Assembly (NCBI GenBank): GCA_045643885.1
Contig: JAZRFY010000017.1
Coordinates: 7,060 to 71,059, forward strand
DNA length: 64,000 bases
Direction: 5' to 3'
Origin: Eubacteriales bacterium
GTDB lineage: Bacteria > Bacillota > Clostridia > Oscillospirales > CAG-272
Part shown: positions 30,701-39,036 of the stretch, piece by piece
Numbering within the stretch: position 1 is the first letter of the stretch
How the letters are laid out: each line of letters begins with the position of its first letter
Program-made: the position numbers and the translations under genes
Notes under the pieces: generated by a model
What the model was told of the DNA's origin: nothing
The model's database searches: none
What the model saw: only the letters and a program-made list of their open reading frames with translations

Positions 30701-31417
30701 ACAGTTTCTATAGTTTATGAGGGTGCTAATGCAGATCCAGCTATCACAGAAAATACTGTTCTTGATTTCACAACACAGGACGGCTTGGACGCAATCGCTA
30801 ACAACAAGAGAATAACAGTTGAAGCAGTTTCAGGTCAGTACTACTTCAATAACGGCAACAGCCGTTTTGAGGGAACTATCTCCTTCATGGTTAAGGCAGG
30901 CGCTAAGATTATCGTAACTCCTTACCACGATGCTAAGTACGTTTCTTACACAATTGGTTACCTTGGCGAAGAAGAGCTTATGACTTACACAGGCGCTTAC
31001 ACTTACGAGGTGGATTCCGATTGCACAATGGTTTATACAGGTCTTGCAGGCAACTATATCTGCTCAATTCAGATCGTATATCCCGCTGCTAAGGAAAATG
31101 CCAGCGTTACATTTGGTTCTGAAGGCAACTACAAAACATCTTCTGTGATCGACGTTAGCGGAATGAGCATAAGAGATAACGGTGGTAACAATAGCCAGCT
31201 TAGCTCAGGTACTATCAAGCTTACAGTATATGCAGGTGCAACAGTTACTGTTCACGGTTATCCCAGCTACACATCCTACACAATTAGTGACGGTATTAAC
31301 ACAACTGCAGAAATCAATGACTCAGAATACACATACGTTGTAGAGGCAGACGGTGAGCTTATCATCTCCGCTGTGAATTCAAACAACTATTTCTACGGTA
31401 TTGACATTACTTATTAA
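27749..31417 (+). CDS. Multimodular lipoprotein with CE8 pectinesterase domain, Ig-like domains and Cys/His/Asp repeats
   Basis: Lipobox LASC; PGLYTEKL, QDTL, DFIFG, GRPW CE8 motifs; Big_3-like segments; start reassigned to 27749 after GAAAGGA. Confidence 0.85.
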   Translation: MKKYLALFLICCMVMTVLASCSWFHKECTEHVDADSNYVCDNCGAELEKPPVICDEHTDKDNDAKCDVCGEDIPDPRPPVCEEHKDEDGDLKCDACAHVMFEQVKYTLNISDIETGVRSDNDIISKFTIASGTEVRNRTKSFEGVEYSKSVKIGGTGHKIVVDVPGTGTLKFIVQNGSSGAEMQFIKVIGPDGKTQDIEFVGSIESSPLVMIEVEVTEGQWTITRGKNGGTQDIFYLELECIVAVAPENGFELVSEGKVDYLVGEELNFAKLYLNSTFENGKTETLPLENVVIDTSLVNMGQSGTYPITIKYAEYEPITYYVNVYAPESIKLGFDAIEKLAQNSAAGNGVYYNHSWKEVYMIGEELDTDGLSVIVVASCGDKTIEFLVKDYEINGFDSSFADFNKLTIVAHGLETEVTVHVTESQPTANEDDVYMLLVDPAYLGIAGAISGPYHVFSTIQGALDYAEHIEDSAVKEIYVAPGLYTEKLEITIPNLKLIGIGDTPDEVVIEWDSLYGLEDAGGFVHTTDSTATVAVRESAVNCVIENVTISNYWNTQERMDEAGLAIERGLALLVQSDRFIMKNGALLGIQDTLELFTGRQYFENVFISGYTDFIFGTNNTTYFEGCTIHVIDTEKDDKGTAGYITAFKGSNKNESDAITYGAIFDGCNFTADEGVTLGCTAIGRPWGAYAAVAVMNSELGGHISTKGFSTSKNERYVSMTVKPTDATAQFVEYNNTGAGAITEEVAGMRMLTDEEAATYANFEVIFGTTNRNVSYLDPWDPMSEEVVVDDRTYYYFNGGKGTSGTSYTYTDNLQGTTGSIGDIAIDATKGKVTARGSDTQINAGAKLTFNVEAGTLVTVISYPGYGYYTLNGVAHNANDSFSQYYAEATEVVFEATATAYIYQIIIDPNSDAPEAPSINQIKVEGMNTNYTVGDEISLEGAKVNVYYSDNSIVTVSDYTVDSSAVNNAEAGTYDVVFSFGGVSATVSIVYEGANADPAITENTVLDFTTQDGLDAIANNKRITVEAVSGQYYFNNGNSRFEGTISFMVKAGAKIIVTPYHDAKYVSYTIGYLGEEELMTYTGAYTYEVDSDCTMVYTGLAGNYICSIQIVYPAAKENASVTFGSEGNYKTSSVIDVSGMSIRDNGGNNSQLSSGTIKLTVYAGATVTVHGYPSYTSYTISDGINTTAEINDSEYTYVVEADGELIISAVNSNNYFYGIDITY

Positions 31418-31435
31418 TAATAAGATAATAAAAAT

Positions 31436-31467
31436 AACCCCTCGGATTTTTCCGAGGGGTGTTTTTT
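31436..31467. terminator. Bidirectional terminator
   Basis: ACCCCTCGGA-tttt-TCCGAGGGGT with flanking A and T runs. Confidence 0.8.
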
Positions 31468-31505
31468 GTTTGTTTTGTTTATTGATTCAGTTTTATCGGA
31501 TTTTA

Positions 31506-32858
31506 TTACTTGCTCTTTTTAAGGTTTACAAGAGCATTTGTGATAATACCAAGGATGAGTGAGCAAGCAACTGTTGTGATTGTGATTTCACCCAATGTAA
31601 GGGTAAGACCACCGATACCGGAGATAAGGATTACAGATACTACAAAGAGGTTTCTGTTATCGTTGAGGTCAACGTTCTGCACCATTTTAAGACCGCTTAC
31701 TGCGATGAAGCCGTAGAGAGCTACGCAGATGCCACCCATTACGCAAGAGGGGATTGTGGACAAGAATGTTGCGAAAGGACCGAAGAAGCTGATCACGATT
31801 GCAAGGATAGCTGTTACAACGATTGTTGCAACGGACGCGTTGCCGGAGATCGCTACGCAACCAACGGATTCGCCGTATGTTGTATTGGGACATCCACCGA
31901 AGAGTGCACCTGCCATTGAACCAAGACCGTCACCAAGGAGTGTTCTGTGAAGACCGGGTTCTTCAAGAAGATCCTTTTCGATGATGGAAGAAAGGTTCTT
32001 GTGGTCTGCGATGTGCTCTGCGAATACTACGAATGCAACGGGCATATAAGCGACTGCGATTGTGCCGATGTATGCTCCAAGAGTTCCGTTTGTACCGAAG
32101 TCATATTCACCGCTGAATGCTGTAAGGAATGTGAAGTCGGGAATCCACTGGATATTTTCAAACTTTGCAAAGTCGATAAGAAGAAGTGCAGAGTTGTTTG
32201 TGAGGTGACCGATAACTGTGAAGATTGTTGCTACTACGTAACCTGCAAGGATACCGCAGATGAAGGGAATCATCTTGATTGTCTTTTTGCCGTATGTTGA
32301 GCAGAGGATTGTTGTGAAAAGAGTTACAAGGCCACAGATAAGTGCTACGTAAGGAGAAGCGATGCTTACACCTTCAACGAGCACGCTACCCTTAGAGAGG
32401 TCGCCGATTGCATTGCCTGCAAGAGAAAGACCGATGATAGCAACTGTAGGACCAATAATAACTGCGGGCATAAGCTTGTTAATCCAGTTTACACCTACGA
32501 GCTTAACAATGATACCAAGAACAACGTAAACAAGACCTGCAGAAACTGCACCAATGATAAGACCAAGGTAACCAACGCTCATTGAAACGCCACCTGCGAA
32601 CGCAGCCAACATAGAACCAATGAATGCGAAAGAAGAACCAAGGAATACAGGGCTCTTAAACTTTGTCAAGAAGAGATACACAAGTGTACCAACACCTGCT
32701 CCGAAAAGAGCTGCTGTGGGGGACATACCGTTACCGATGATGCCGGGAACTGCGATTGTTGCAGCCATGATTGCAAGAAGCTGCTGGAAAGCGAACAAGA
32801 TGGTCTTTACATAACCGATCTGCTTCGGCTTTGCGTCAATGTTGTAGATAAGTTTCAT
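31506..32858 (-). CDS. NCS2-family uracil permease (UraA/PyrP-like)
   Basis: SPVFLGSSFAF, EHIADH, GLHRTLLGDG, PNTTYGE signature. Confidence 0.92.
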   Translation of the reverse strand: MKLIYNIDAKPKQIGYVKTILFAFQQLLAIMAATIAVPGIIGNGMSPTAALFGAGVGTLVYLFLTKFKSPVFLGSSFAFIGSMLAAFAGGVSMSVGYLGLIIGAVSAGLVYVVLGIIVKLVGVNWINKLMPAVIIGPTVAIIGLSLAGNAIGDLSKGSVLVEGVSIASPYVALICGLVTLFTTILCSTYGKKTIKMIPFICGILAGYVVATIFTVIGHLTNNSALLLIDFAKFENIQWIPDFTFLTAFSGEYDFGTNGTLGAYIGTIAVAYMPVAFVVFAEHIADHKNLSSIIEKDLLEEPGLHRTLLGDGLGSMAGALFGGCPNTTYGESVGCVAISGNASVATIVVTAILAIVISFFGPFATFLSTIPSCVMGGICVALYGFIAVSGLKMVQNVDLNDNRNLFVVSVILISGIGGLTLTLGEITITTVACSLILGIITNALVNLKKSK

Positions 32859-32904
32859 TTAAACTTTCCTCCTGATTTTTTATTTGAATTTTTATTTTGA
32901 CCAT

Positions 32905-32930
32905 AAAAAAAGCTGACGGGATACGTCAGC
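32905..32930 (-). terminator. Attenuator-type intrinsic terminator in the permease leader
   Basis: Minus strand GCTGACG-tatcc-CGTCAGC-TTTTTTT, between the promoter and the permease RBS. Confidence 0.8.
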
Positions 32931-32936
32931 AATAAA

Positions 32937-33017
32937 TCAAATATTAAAAGAAAAAACAAAAAGGGAATAGGACACCACGGCAACGCAAATTCTGTTTTTG
33001 AAGATAGAATGCATCAT
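32937..33017 (-). CDS. Putative 26-aa leader peptide MMHSIFKNRICVAVVSYSLFVFSFNI
   Basis: AAAGGTGG SD 8 nt before ATG; U-run-rich 3' half; TGA 6 nt before terminator stem; below the ORF-track size cutoff. Confidence 0.6.
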   Translation of the reverse strand: MMHSIFKNRICVAVVSYSLFVFSFNI

Positions 33018-33051
33018 CGTTTTGTCCACCTTTCTGTTTACACTGGGAGTG

Positions 33052-33080
33052 ATTATATCACAATAAAAACACAATGTCAA
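33052..33080 (-). promoter_or_regulatory. Sigma-A promoter of uracil permease leader
   Basis: Perfect TTGACA-17 nt-TATAAT with extended TG. Confidence 0.85.
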
Positions 33081-33377
33081 GAGAAATTTTAAGAAAATTT
33101 CAAAAAAATTAAATAAAAAAATCGAAACAAAGGTTTATTTTGCACTTTTTGACAAAATAAGGTGGTTTATTTTGCATCTTATGCTATTTTCTTTTTCATT
33201 TGCATAATGTATAATGATTACACAAGGTTGAGATATATGATTATAAATATTTGGTTAATTCAAATTTCAAAATATTGACACCATGTGAAAAATATGCTAA
33301 AATAATCTTAGTTGTATAACGAATGCAGATTCGTTTATATATAATATGAAAAAACTATATAAAAAGGAGAAAAAAAT

Positions 33378-34322
33378 ATGGTATATGGTATTATTGCTGT
33401 AGTTGTTATCGTACTCATCATTTCTTGCATTAAGGTAGTTCCTCATACAGAGAGCTACGTTATTGAGCGTCTTGGTAAATTCCACGACGTTTGGGGTGCA
33501 GGTCTTCACCTTCTCGCTCCCTTCGGCATTGACAAGGTAGTTGCCCGTGCAACAACTAAGGAAAAGGTGCTTGACACACCTCCTCAGTCCGTTATCACAA
33601 GTGATAACGTTCCTCTTACAATCGACGCGGTTGTATATCACAAAACATTCGAGCCCAAGCTCTATGCTTACGGTGCTGCTAATCCCGTTGAGGCTCTTGC
33701 AAACCTCACAACAACAACTCTTCGTAACATCGTTGGTGAGCTTACACTCGACGAATCTCTTACATCCCGTGACTCCATCAACGCAAAGATGACTGCTTCT
33801 CTTGACGCAGCTACTGACGAATGGGGTATTCGCGTGACTCGTGTTGAAATTCGTAACATCACACCTTCTGCAGATATTCGTGAATCCATGGAAAAGCAGA
33901 TGAAGGCTGAAAGAAACAGACGTGAAACATTGCTTGAAGCAGAAGGTCACAAGCAGGCTGTTATCACTCGTGCAGAGGGTGATAAGCAGGCGATGATCCT
34001 TGCAGCTGAAGGTGAAAGAGATGCTCGCATTGCTCGTGCTGAAGGTGAAGCTAAGGCAGTTCTTCTTCAAAAGCAGGCAGAGGCAGACGGTCTTCGTGCC
34101 ATCATGTCCGCATGTCCCACACCCGAGGTTATCGAGCTTAAGAGATATGAGGCTCTCGTTGAAATGGCTAACGGTACAGCTTCCAAGCTTATCGTTCCTA
34201 CTGATACAGTTGAGATGGTTAAGAAGAATGCCATCTTTACAGAAACAACAGGTCTTGGTGACGACACACCCGCAGCCAAGAAGCCCACTAAGTCCGCAAA
34301 TAAGGACGTTTGCTGCGACTAA
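33378..34322 (+). CDS. SPFH/band-7 (stomatin/QmcA-like) membrane protein
   Basis: YVIERLGKF, QSVITSDNV, TTLRNIVGEL.LDE.LTSRD.IN, MEKQMKAER, AEG repeats. Confidence 0.92.
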   Translation: MVYGIIAVVVIVLIISCIKVVPHTESYVIERLGKFHDVWGAGLHLLAPFGIDKVVARATTKEKVLDTPPQSVITSDNVPLTIDAVVYHKTFEPKLYAYGAANPVEALANLTTTTLRNIVGELTLDESLTSRDSINAKMTASLDAATDEWGIRVTRVEIRNITPSADIRESMEKQMKAERNRRETLLEAEGHKQAVITRAEGDKQAMILAAEGERDARIARAEGEAKAVLLQKQAEADGLRAIMSACPTPEVIELKRYEALVEMANGTASKLIVPTDTVEMVKKNAIFTETTGLGDDTPAAKKPTKSANKDVCCD

Positions 34323-34334
34323 TTACTAAATGAT

Positions 34335-34523
34335 ATGGCAAACAAGAATAAAAGATTTATATTGACATACTCAGAAAATGCGTTTTCAGGACATGGTTTT
34401 GAAATCTGGGTGGATAAGGAAACAGGTGTAAACTACGTTTGGCGCGGATCCGGTTATGCAGGCGGTCTTACCGTTTTGCTCGACCGAGACGGAAAGCCCG
34501 TTGTAACACCCGTTGAGAAATAA
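34335..34523 (+). CDS. DUF6440-family small protein
   Basis: I.VDKETGVNY......GGLTVLLDRDGKP pattern. Confidence 0.75.
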   Translation: MANKNKRFILTYSENAFSGHGFEIWVDKETGVNYVWRGSGYAGGLTVLLDRDGKPVVTPVEK

Positions 34524-34574
34524 GTAATTAACTAAGGGGGAGTTGAAAAGCTCCCCTTTTAAATAAGGAAAGCT

Positions 34575-35048
34575 ATGAGATTAAAATTCAAACAAAGATT
34601 TTTTTCGTGGTTTGATAGCTACGATATATATGACGAGGCGGGAAACGTAGTTTACTGTGTAAAGGGTGAGCTTTCCTGGGGCCATCTTCTTCGTATATAC
34701 GATGCAAACGGACGCGAGCTTGGACACATAAAGCAAGAGATATTCACCTTTTTACCCGAGTTTCATATGTACGTTGGAACCGAGAGGGTTGGCAGCATAT
34801 GCCGTGAGCTTACTCTATTCAAACCTAAATATAGCATCGACTATAAGGGCTGGAAGGTCGAGGGCGACTGGGTAGAATGGGATTATGCCATTTATAATGC
34901 CTCAGGCACACATATTGCGCAGATTTCAAAGGAGATCTTTAACTTTACCGATACCTATATTATCGATATAAGATATCCTGAGGACGCACTTTATGCTCTT
35001 ATGCTCGTCCTTGCCATTGATGCTGAAAAATGCTCAAGGGATAATTGA
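34575..35048 (+). CDS. LURP-one-related / tubby-C scramblase-like protein
   Basis: KQRFFSWFDSYDIYDE.G..VY.VKG, W.VEGD..EWDY, FTDTY.IDI, VLAID. Confidence 0.85.
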   Translation: MRLKFKQRFFSWFDSYDIYDEAGNVVYCVKGELSWGHLLRIYDANGRELGHIKQEIFTFLPEFHMYVGTERVGSICRELTLFKPKYSIDYKGWKVEGDWVEWDYAIYNASGTHIAQISKEIFNFTDTYIIDIRYPEDALYALMLVLAIDAEKCSRDN

Positions 35049-35091
35049 TAAGAATTATTCCGTTATTTGTGCCAACAATCCTATTTATCTT

Positions 35092-35127
35092 AAACCCCTT
35101 GACACACAAGGGGTTTTTTGTTATCAT
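35092..35127 (+). promoter_or_regulatory. Overlapping terminator hairpin and sigma-A promoter
   Basis: AAACCCCTTG-acaca-CAAGGGGTTTTTT contains TTGACA (35099) with TATCAT 17 nt later. Confidence 0.6.
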
Positions 35128-35161
35128 ATGGGTAATGTATCCAATCGAAAGGACTAAAAGC

Positions 35162-35677
35162 ATGGCAAGAGTATCATCTAAAAAGGATAAAAATATATAT
35201 CAGCAGACAAGAGAAAAACTCGAGCTTTCTCGTGAGGGAGCAAGTGAGCTTCTTGAGTGGATTTCTCCCGAGAGAATTGAGAGAATCGAAAACGAAAAGA
35301 GCTATCCCAATCCCGACGAGGTTTTGCAGATGGCTGACAAATACAAATTGCCCCGTCTTTGCAACTACTACTGCTCAAATCAGTGCCCCATAGGCCAGGA
35401 ATACGTGCCCGAGGTAAAGGTTAAGGAGCTTTCTCAAATCACTCTCGAGCTGCTTGCATCTCTTAACACGATGAATTCTCAGCGCGAGCGCTTGATTGAA
35501 ATCACAGTTAACGGCAAGATTGACGATGATGAAATTGCAGATTTCGTTGGCATTCAAGAGGATCTTGAACGTATTTCCGTTACCGTTGAAACTCTTCAGC
35601 TCTGGTGCGAGAGAATGCTTGCAAACGGAGTTATCGACGAGGAAAAATACAAAGCATACAAAAATAGAGAAAAATAA
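35162..35677 (+). CDS. XRE-family HTH transcriptional regulator
   Basis: REKLELSRE.AS....ISPERIERIENEKSYP.PDEV HTH; YCS..CPIG; start reassigned after GAAAGGA. Confidence 0.8.
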   Translation: MARVSSKKDKNIYQQTREKLELSREGASELLEWISPERIERIENEKSYPNPDEVLQMADKYKLPRLCNYYCSNQCPIGQEYVPEVKVKELSQITLELLASLNTMNSQRERLIEITVNGKIDDDEIADFVGIQEDLERISVTVETLQLWCERMLANGVIDEEKYKAYKNREK

Positions 35678-35710
35678 GAAAAAACGCCGATATTCCGGCG
35701 TTTTTCTTTT
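35676..35710 (+). terminator. Intrinsic terminator
   Basis: AAAAACGCCG-atattc-CGGCGTTTTT. Confidence 0.75.
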
Positions 35711-35766
35711 TTTATTTGGCAAAGAAATATTGACTTTATGCTAAAAATGGCATATAATATATAAAA

Positions 35767-35788
35767 CAGTTGAATGAACATTCAATTG
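35767..35788 (+). promoter_or_regulatory. ArsR/SmtB-type operator
   Basis: CAGTTGAATG-aa-CATTCAATTG inverted repeat just downstream of TTGACT..TATAAT and upstream of the ArsR gene. Confidence 0.7.
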
Positions 35789-35801
35789 AAAGGAGAAAGC
35801 T

Positions 35802-36170
35802 ATGCCAAGAAACGAATACTCTTGTGACTGCAACGTTGTGCATCACGATGCAGTTGAGCGTTCACTCAGTGCCATGCCGAGTGACGAAACAATAAAGGAC
35901 CTTTCAAATTTTTATAAAATAATGGGAGATGGCACTCGTTGCAAAATGATATGCGCCTTGCAAAGTGGAGAAATGTGCGTTTGCGACCTTTGTAACGTGC
36001 TTTCAATGTCAAAATCCTCAATATCCCATCAGCTTGCCAAGATGAAGGAAAGTGGGATTGTTAAATCCAGAAGAGAGGGCAAGGAGGTATATTATTCACT
36101 TGACGACGATCACGTAAGTGAGATTTTTGCCACAACACTTGCTCATATAGAGCATAAAAAAGGAGAATAA
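35802..36170 (+). CDS. ArsR/SmtB (CadC/CzrA-like) metal-sensing repressor
   Basis: EMCVCDL, SISHQL, RREGKEVYYSLDDDHV, N-terminal CxC..HH. Confidence 0.92.
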   Translation: MPRNEYSCDCNVVHHDAVERSLSAMPSDETIKDLSNFYKIMGDGTRCKMICALQSGEMCVCDLCNVLSMSKSSISHQLAKMKESGIVKSRREGKEVYYSLDDDHVSEIFATTLAHIEHKKGE

Positions 36171-36174
36171 CACA

Positions 36175-37164
36175 ATGAAAACTGAAAAAAATATACTTGT
36201 TGCATTTATATTAAATCTTGCTTTTTCTATATTTGAGCTTGTTGGAGGAGCAATAACAGGAAGTGTTGCCATTATGTCCGACGCGGTTCACGATATAGGA
36301 GATGCTGCAAGCATCGGCATTTCGTATTTTCTTGAAAGAAAGAGCAAAAAGCAGCCCGATAAAACTCACACCTTCGGTTATCTCAGATATTCCGTTATCG
36401 GTGGCTTGATTACAACGGTTATCCTTCTTGTTGGCTCTATTGGAGTTATCATCAATGCAATTGCCAAGCTTTTCGAAGCTGAACGCGTGATAAATTATGA
36501 CGGAATGATCGTTTTTGCCGTTTTTGGGGTGCTTGTTAATCTTGCGGCGGCATTCTTTACAAGAGAGGGAGATTCCATCAACCAAAAGGCAGTAAATCTT
36601 CATATGCTTGAGGACGTTCTTGGCTGGGTGGTAGTACTTATCGGCGCTATCGTTATGAGAGTCGCAAACGGAGCTATTGACCTTTCCGTTATCGACCCCT
36701 TGATGTCCATAGGAATTGCAATATTCATTCTTATCAATGCAATAAACAATTTAAGAGAGGTGGTTGATCTTTTCCTTGCAAAGCTTCCTGAGGGATTTGA
36801 TATCGACGAGATCAAGGAGCACGTTTGCCATATCGACGGAGTTGTTGACGTTCACCACATCCACATTTGGAGTATGGACGGACAAAACCACTATGCGACC
36901 TTGCACGTGGTTGTAAACGGCGACCACAAGCAGATCAAGGAAAAGGTAAGGGAAGAGCTTAAGGAGCACGGCATAGGTCATGCAACGCTCGAGCTTGAAA
37001 ACGAGGGAGAGGAATGTGGCGAGGAGCATTGTCACGTTGAGCATAAGGAGTCCCACGGGCATCACCACCATCACCATCATCATCACGGACACAAGCACGG
37101 TCATCACCACGATCACGACGAGCATCACCACGATTGCAAATGCGAGCACGGTCATCACAAGTAA
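36175..37164 (+). CDS. Cation diffusion facilitator (CzcD-like) with His-rich tail
   Basis: SDAVHDIGD, TFGY.R, NLHMLED, HHIHIWSMD; C-terminal poly-His. Confidence 0.92.
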   Translation: MKTEKNILVAFILNLAFSIFELVGGAITGSVAIMSDAVHDIGDAASIGISYFLERKSKKQPDKTHTFGYLRYSVIGGLITTVILLVGSIGVIINAIAKLFEAERVINYDGMIVFAVFGVLVNLAAAFFTREGDSINQKAVNLHMLEDVLGWVVVLIGAIVMRVANGAIDLSVIDPLMSIGIAIFILINAINNLREVVDLFLAKLPEGFDIDEIKEHVCHIDGVVDVHHIHIWSMDGQNHYATLHVVVNGDHKQIKEKVREELKEHGIGHATLELENEGEECGEEHCHVEHKESHGHHHHHHHHHGHKHGHHHDHDEHHHDCKCEHGHHK

Positions 37165-37196
37165 AAACACCCCGAAGGATATCCTTCGGGGTTTTA
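37163..37196. terminator. Bidirectional terminator
   Basis: ACCCCGAAGG-atat-CCTTCGGGGTTTT. Confidence 0.8.
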
Positions 37197-37205
37197 TTTG
37201 TTTAA

Positions 37206-38861
37206 TTATTTGTTCCAAAGATAAACTCTTGCTTCATAGGGCTTGATAACGGATGCTTCAACGCTATCATAGTTTTGCAAAACAAGCTTTGCAGAATCAA
37301 GATCGAATCCCTTGGGAGCTTTGAACTTAACACTCTTGTCGGTGAATGAGCAAACGACAAGGAGCTTTTGCTTATCGTCCTCTCTTGAGTAGGTATAGAG
37401 CTTGGATGAGCATTTTCCGTGTTCTGTGTACTTACCTTTCTTAACTACGGGAAGCTCTTTTCTGAGTGCGATCGCCTTGCGATAGAAGTTGAGAACGGAA
37501 TTTTCGTCCTGCTCCTGATCGGCAACGTTAACTTCCTTATAATTTTCGTTAACGTAGAACCAAGGTGTGCCTGTTGTAAAGCCTGCATTTTCCTCTGCGC
37601 TCCACTGAACGGGAGTACGGGCAGAGTCGCGAGAGCCGTCCCAAAGTCTCTTAAGACGCTTTTCGGGACTCTTGTTGGTTGCCACGTTGAAATACTGCCA
37701 ACGAGTCTGAACGTCCTCATACATTTCGGGATCCTTGGGATACCAGTTGCTCATACCGATTTCCTGTCCCTGATAGATGAAGGGAGTACCCTTTTGGAAG
37801 AGGTAGGAAACTGCGAGCATCTTTGCGCTTTCGTTTCTGAATTTTTCACTTCCGTAGCGGGAAACCATTCTGGGATGGTCGTGATTTTCGATGTAGAGCA
37901 TATTCCAACCCTTGCCGTCAAGCTTTTCTTGCCAGCTTGTATAGGCCTTTTTGAGCTTGCGAAGATTGAAGGGCATGTGATAGTAATCGGTCATGAAGCA
38001 GTCAGCCTCCTGAGTGGAGAACTGAATGAACATATCAAGAACGGGATCGTTGTTCTCGTCGATATATTCAAGTGCCTTTTTGGGAGTTACCATGGGGGAC
38101 TCTGCAAGAGTCATACAATCGTATTTAGAGAAAACGTCGCGATTGAATTCCTCAAGGTATTTGTGAAGATTAGGACCGTGGTTGAACATGAAGATACCCT
38201 TGGATGCGGGCATGAGCTTATCGTCGGGCAAGCCCTCGGGCTTGGAGATGAACGTGATAACGTCCTCTCTGAATCCGTCAACGCCCATGTCGAGCCAGAA
38301 GCGAAGGATGTTCTTTACCTCCTCACGAACGAGGGGATTGTCCATATTAAGGTCTGCCTGCTGGATTGCGAAAAGGTGCATGTAGTATTCCTTGCGCACC
38401 TCATCCCACTGCCAAGCCTTGCCTTCAAAAAGTGAATCCCAGTTGTTGGGGAGTTTTCCGTTAGGCTTTGCAGGGCGCCAAATATAGTAATCGGTATATG
38501 GATCGATTCTTTGACGGCTCTTCTGGAACCATTCGTGCTGATCGCTTGTGTGATTGACAACAAGGTCCATAATAACCTTCATTCCGCGCTCGTGAGCGCC
38601 GTCAAGCACCTTTTTAAATGCGTCCATACCGCCAAATTCCTCTGCGATATTGTAATAATCTGAGATATCGTAACCACAGTCAATTCCGGGAGAGGGGTAG
38701 AGGGGTGAGAACCAGATGCCGTCGCATCCGAGTGATTTTATGTAGTCAAGCTTGTCATAAACACCGTAAAGGTCACCCATTCCATCTCCGTTTCCGTCCT
38801 TGAATGAACGGGGCCAGATCTGATAAAATACTTTATCCTTATACCATTGTTTCTTTTCCAT
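37206..38861 (-). CDS. GH13 oligo-1,6-glucosidase / alpha-glucosidase
   Basis: YQIWPRSF.D.NGDG.GDL, DLVVNHTSDQH, DGFREDV, ENHDHPR, SRDSARTP; start reassigned after AAGGAG. Confidence 0.92.
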   Translation of the reverse strand: MEKKQWYKDKVFYQIWPRSFKDGNGDGMGDLYGVYDKLDYIKSLGCDGIWFSPLYPSPGIDCGYDISDYYNIAEEFGGMDAFKKVLDGAHERGMKVIMDLVVNHTSDQHEWFQKSRQRIDPYTDYYIWRPAKPNGKLPNNWDSLFEGKAWQWDEVRKEYYMHLFAIQQADLNMDNPLVREEVKNILRFWLDMGVDGFREDVITFISKPEGLPDDKLMPASKGIFMFNHGPNLHKYLEEFNRDVFSKYDCMTLAESPMVTPKKALEYIDENNDPVLDMFIQFSTQEADCFMTDYYHMPFNLRKLKKAYTSWQEKLDGKGWNMLYIENHDHPRMVSRYGSEKFRNESAKMLAVSYLFQKGTPFIYQGQEIGMSNWYPKDPEMYEDVQTRWQYFNVATNKSPEKRLKRLWDGSRDSARTPVQWSAEENAGFTTGTPWFYVNENYKEVNVADQEQDENSVLNFYRKAIALRKELPVVKKGKYTEHGKCSSKLYTYSREDDKQKLLVVCSFTDKSVKFKAPKGFDLDSAKLVLQNYDSVEASVIKPYEARVYLWNK

Positions 38862-39036
38862 AAAAATCTCCTTAAAGATAAGATTATTGAAATCATTATA
38901 CCACATAAAACCGTGCTTGTCTATAACAAAAAGCAATTTGTTTTCCATAAGCTCAAAAAAGCAATATGTAAATATCGATTGACAACGCGTCTTAAATAAT
39001 ATATAATTATCATATAAAAATATTAAGGAGTTTACT

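Noticed and set aside
32859-33050. PyrR-binding attenuator or purine riboswitch
   Set aside because: No PyrR consensus loop or purine aptamer core seen by eye; needs an Rfam scan for confirmation.
7017-38948. Upstream ORF-track starts (7017, 8546, 23471, 27677, 35045, 38948)
   Set aside because: They run through promoters or terminators; downstream ATGs have clear SD sequences.
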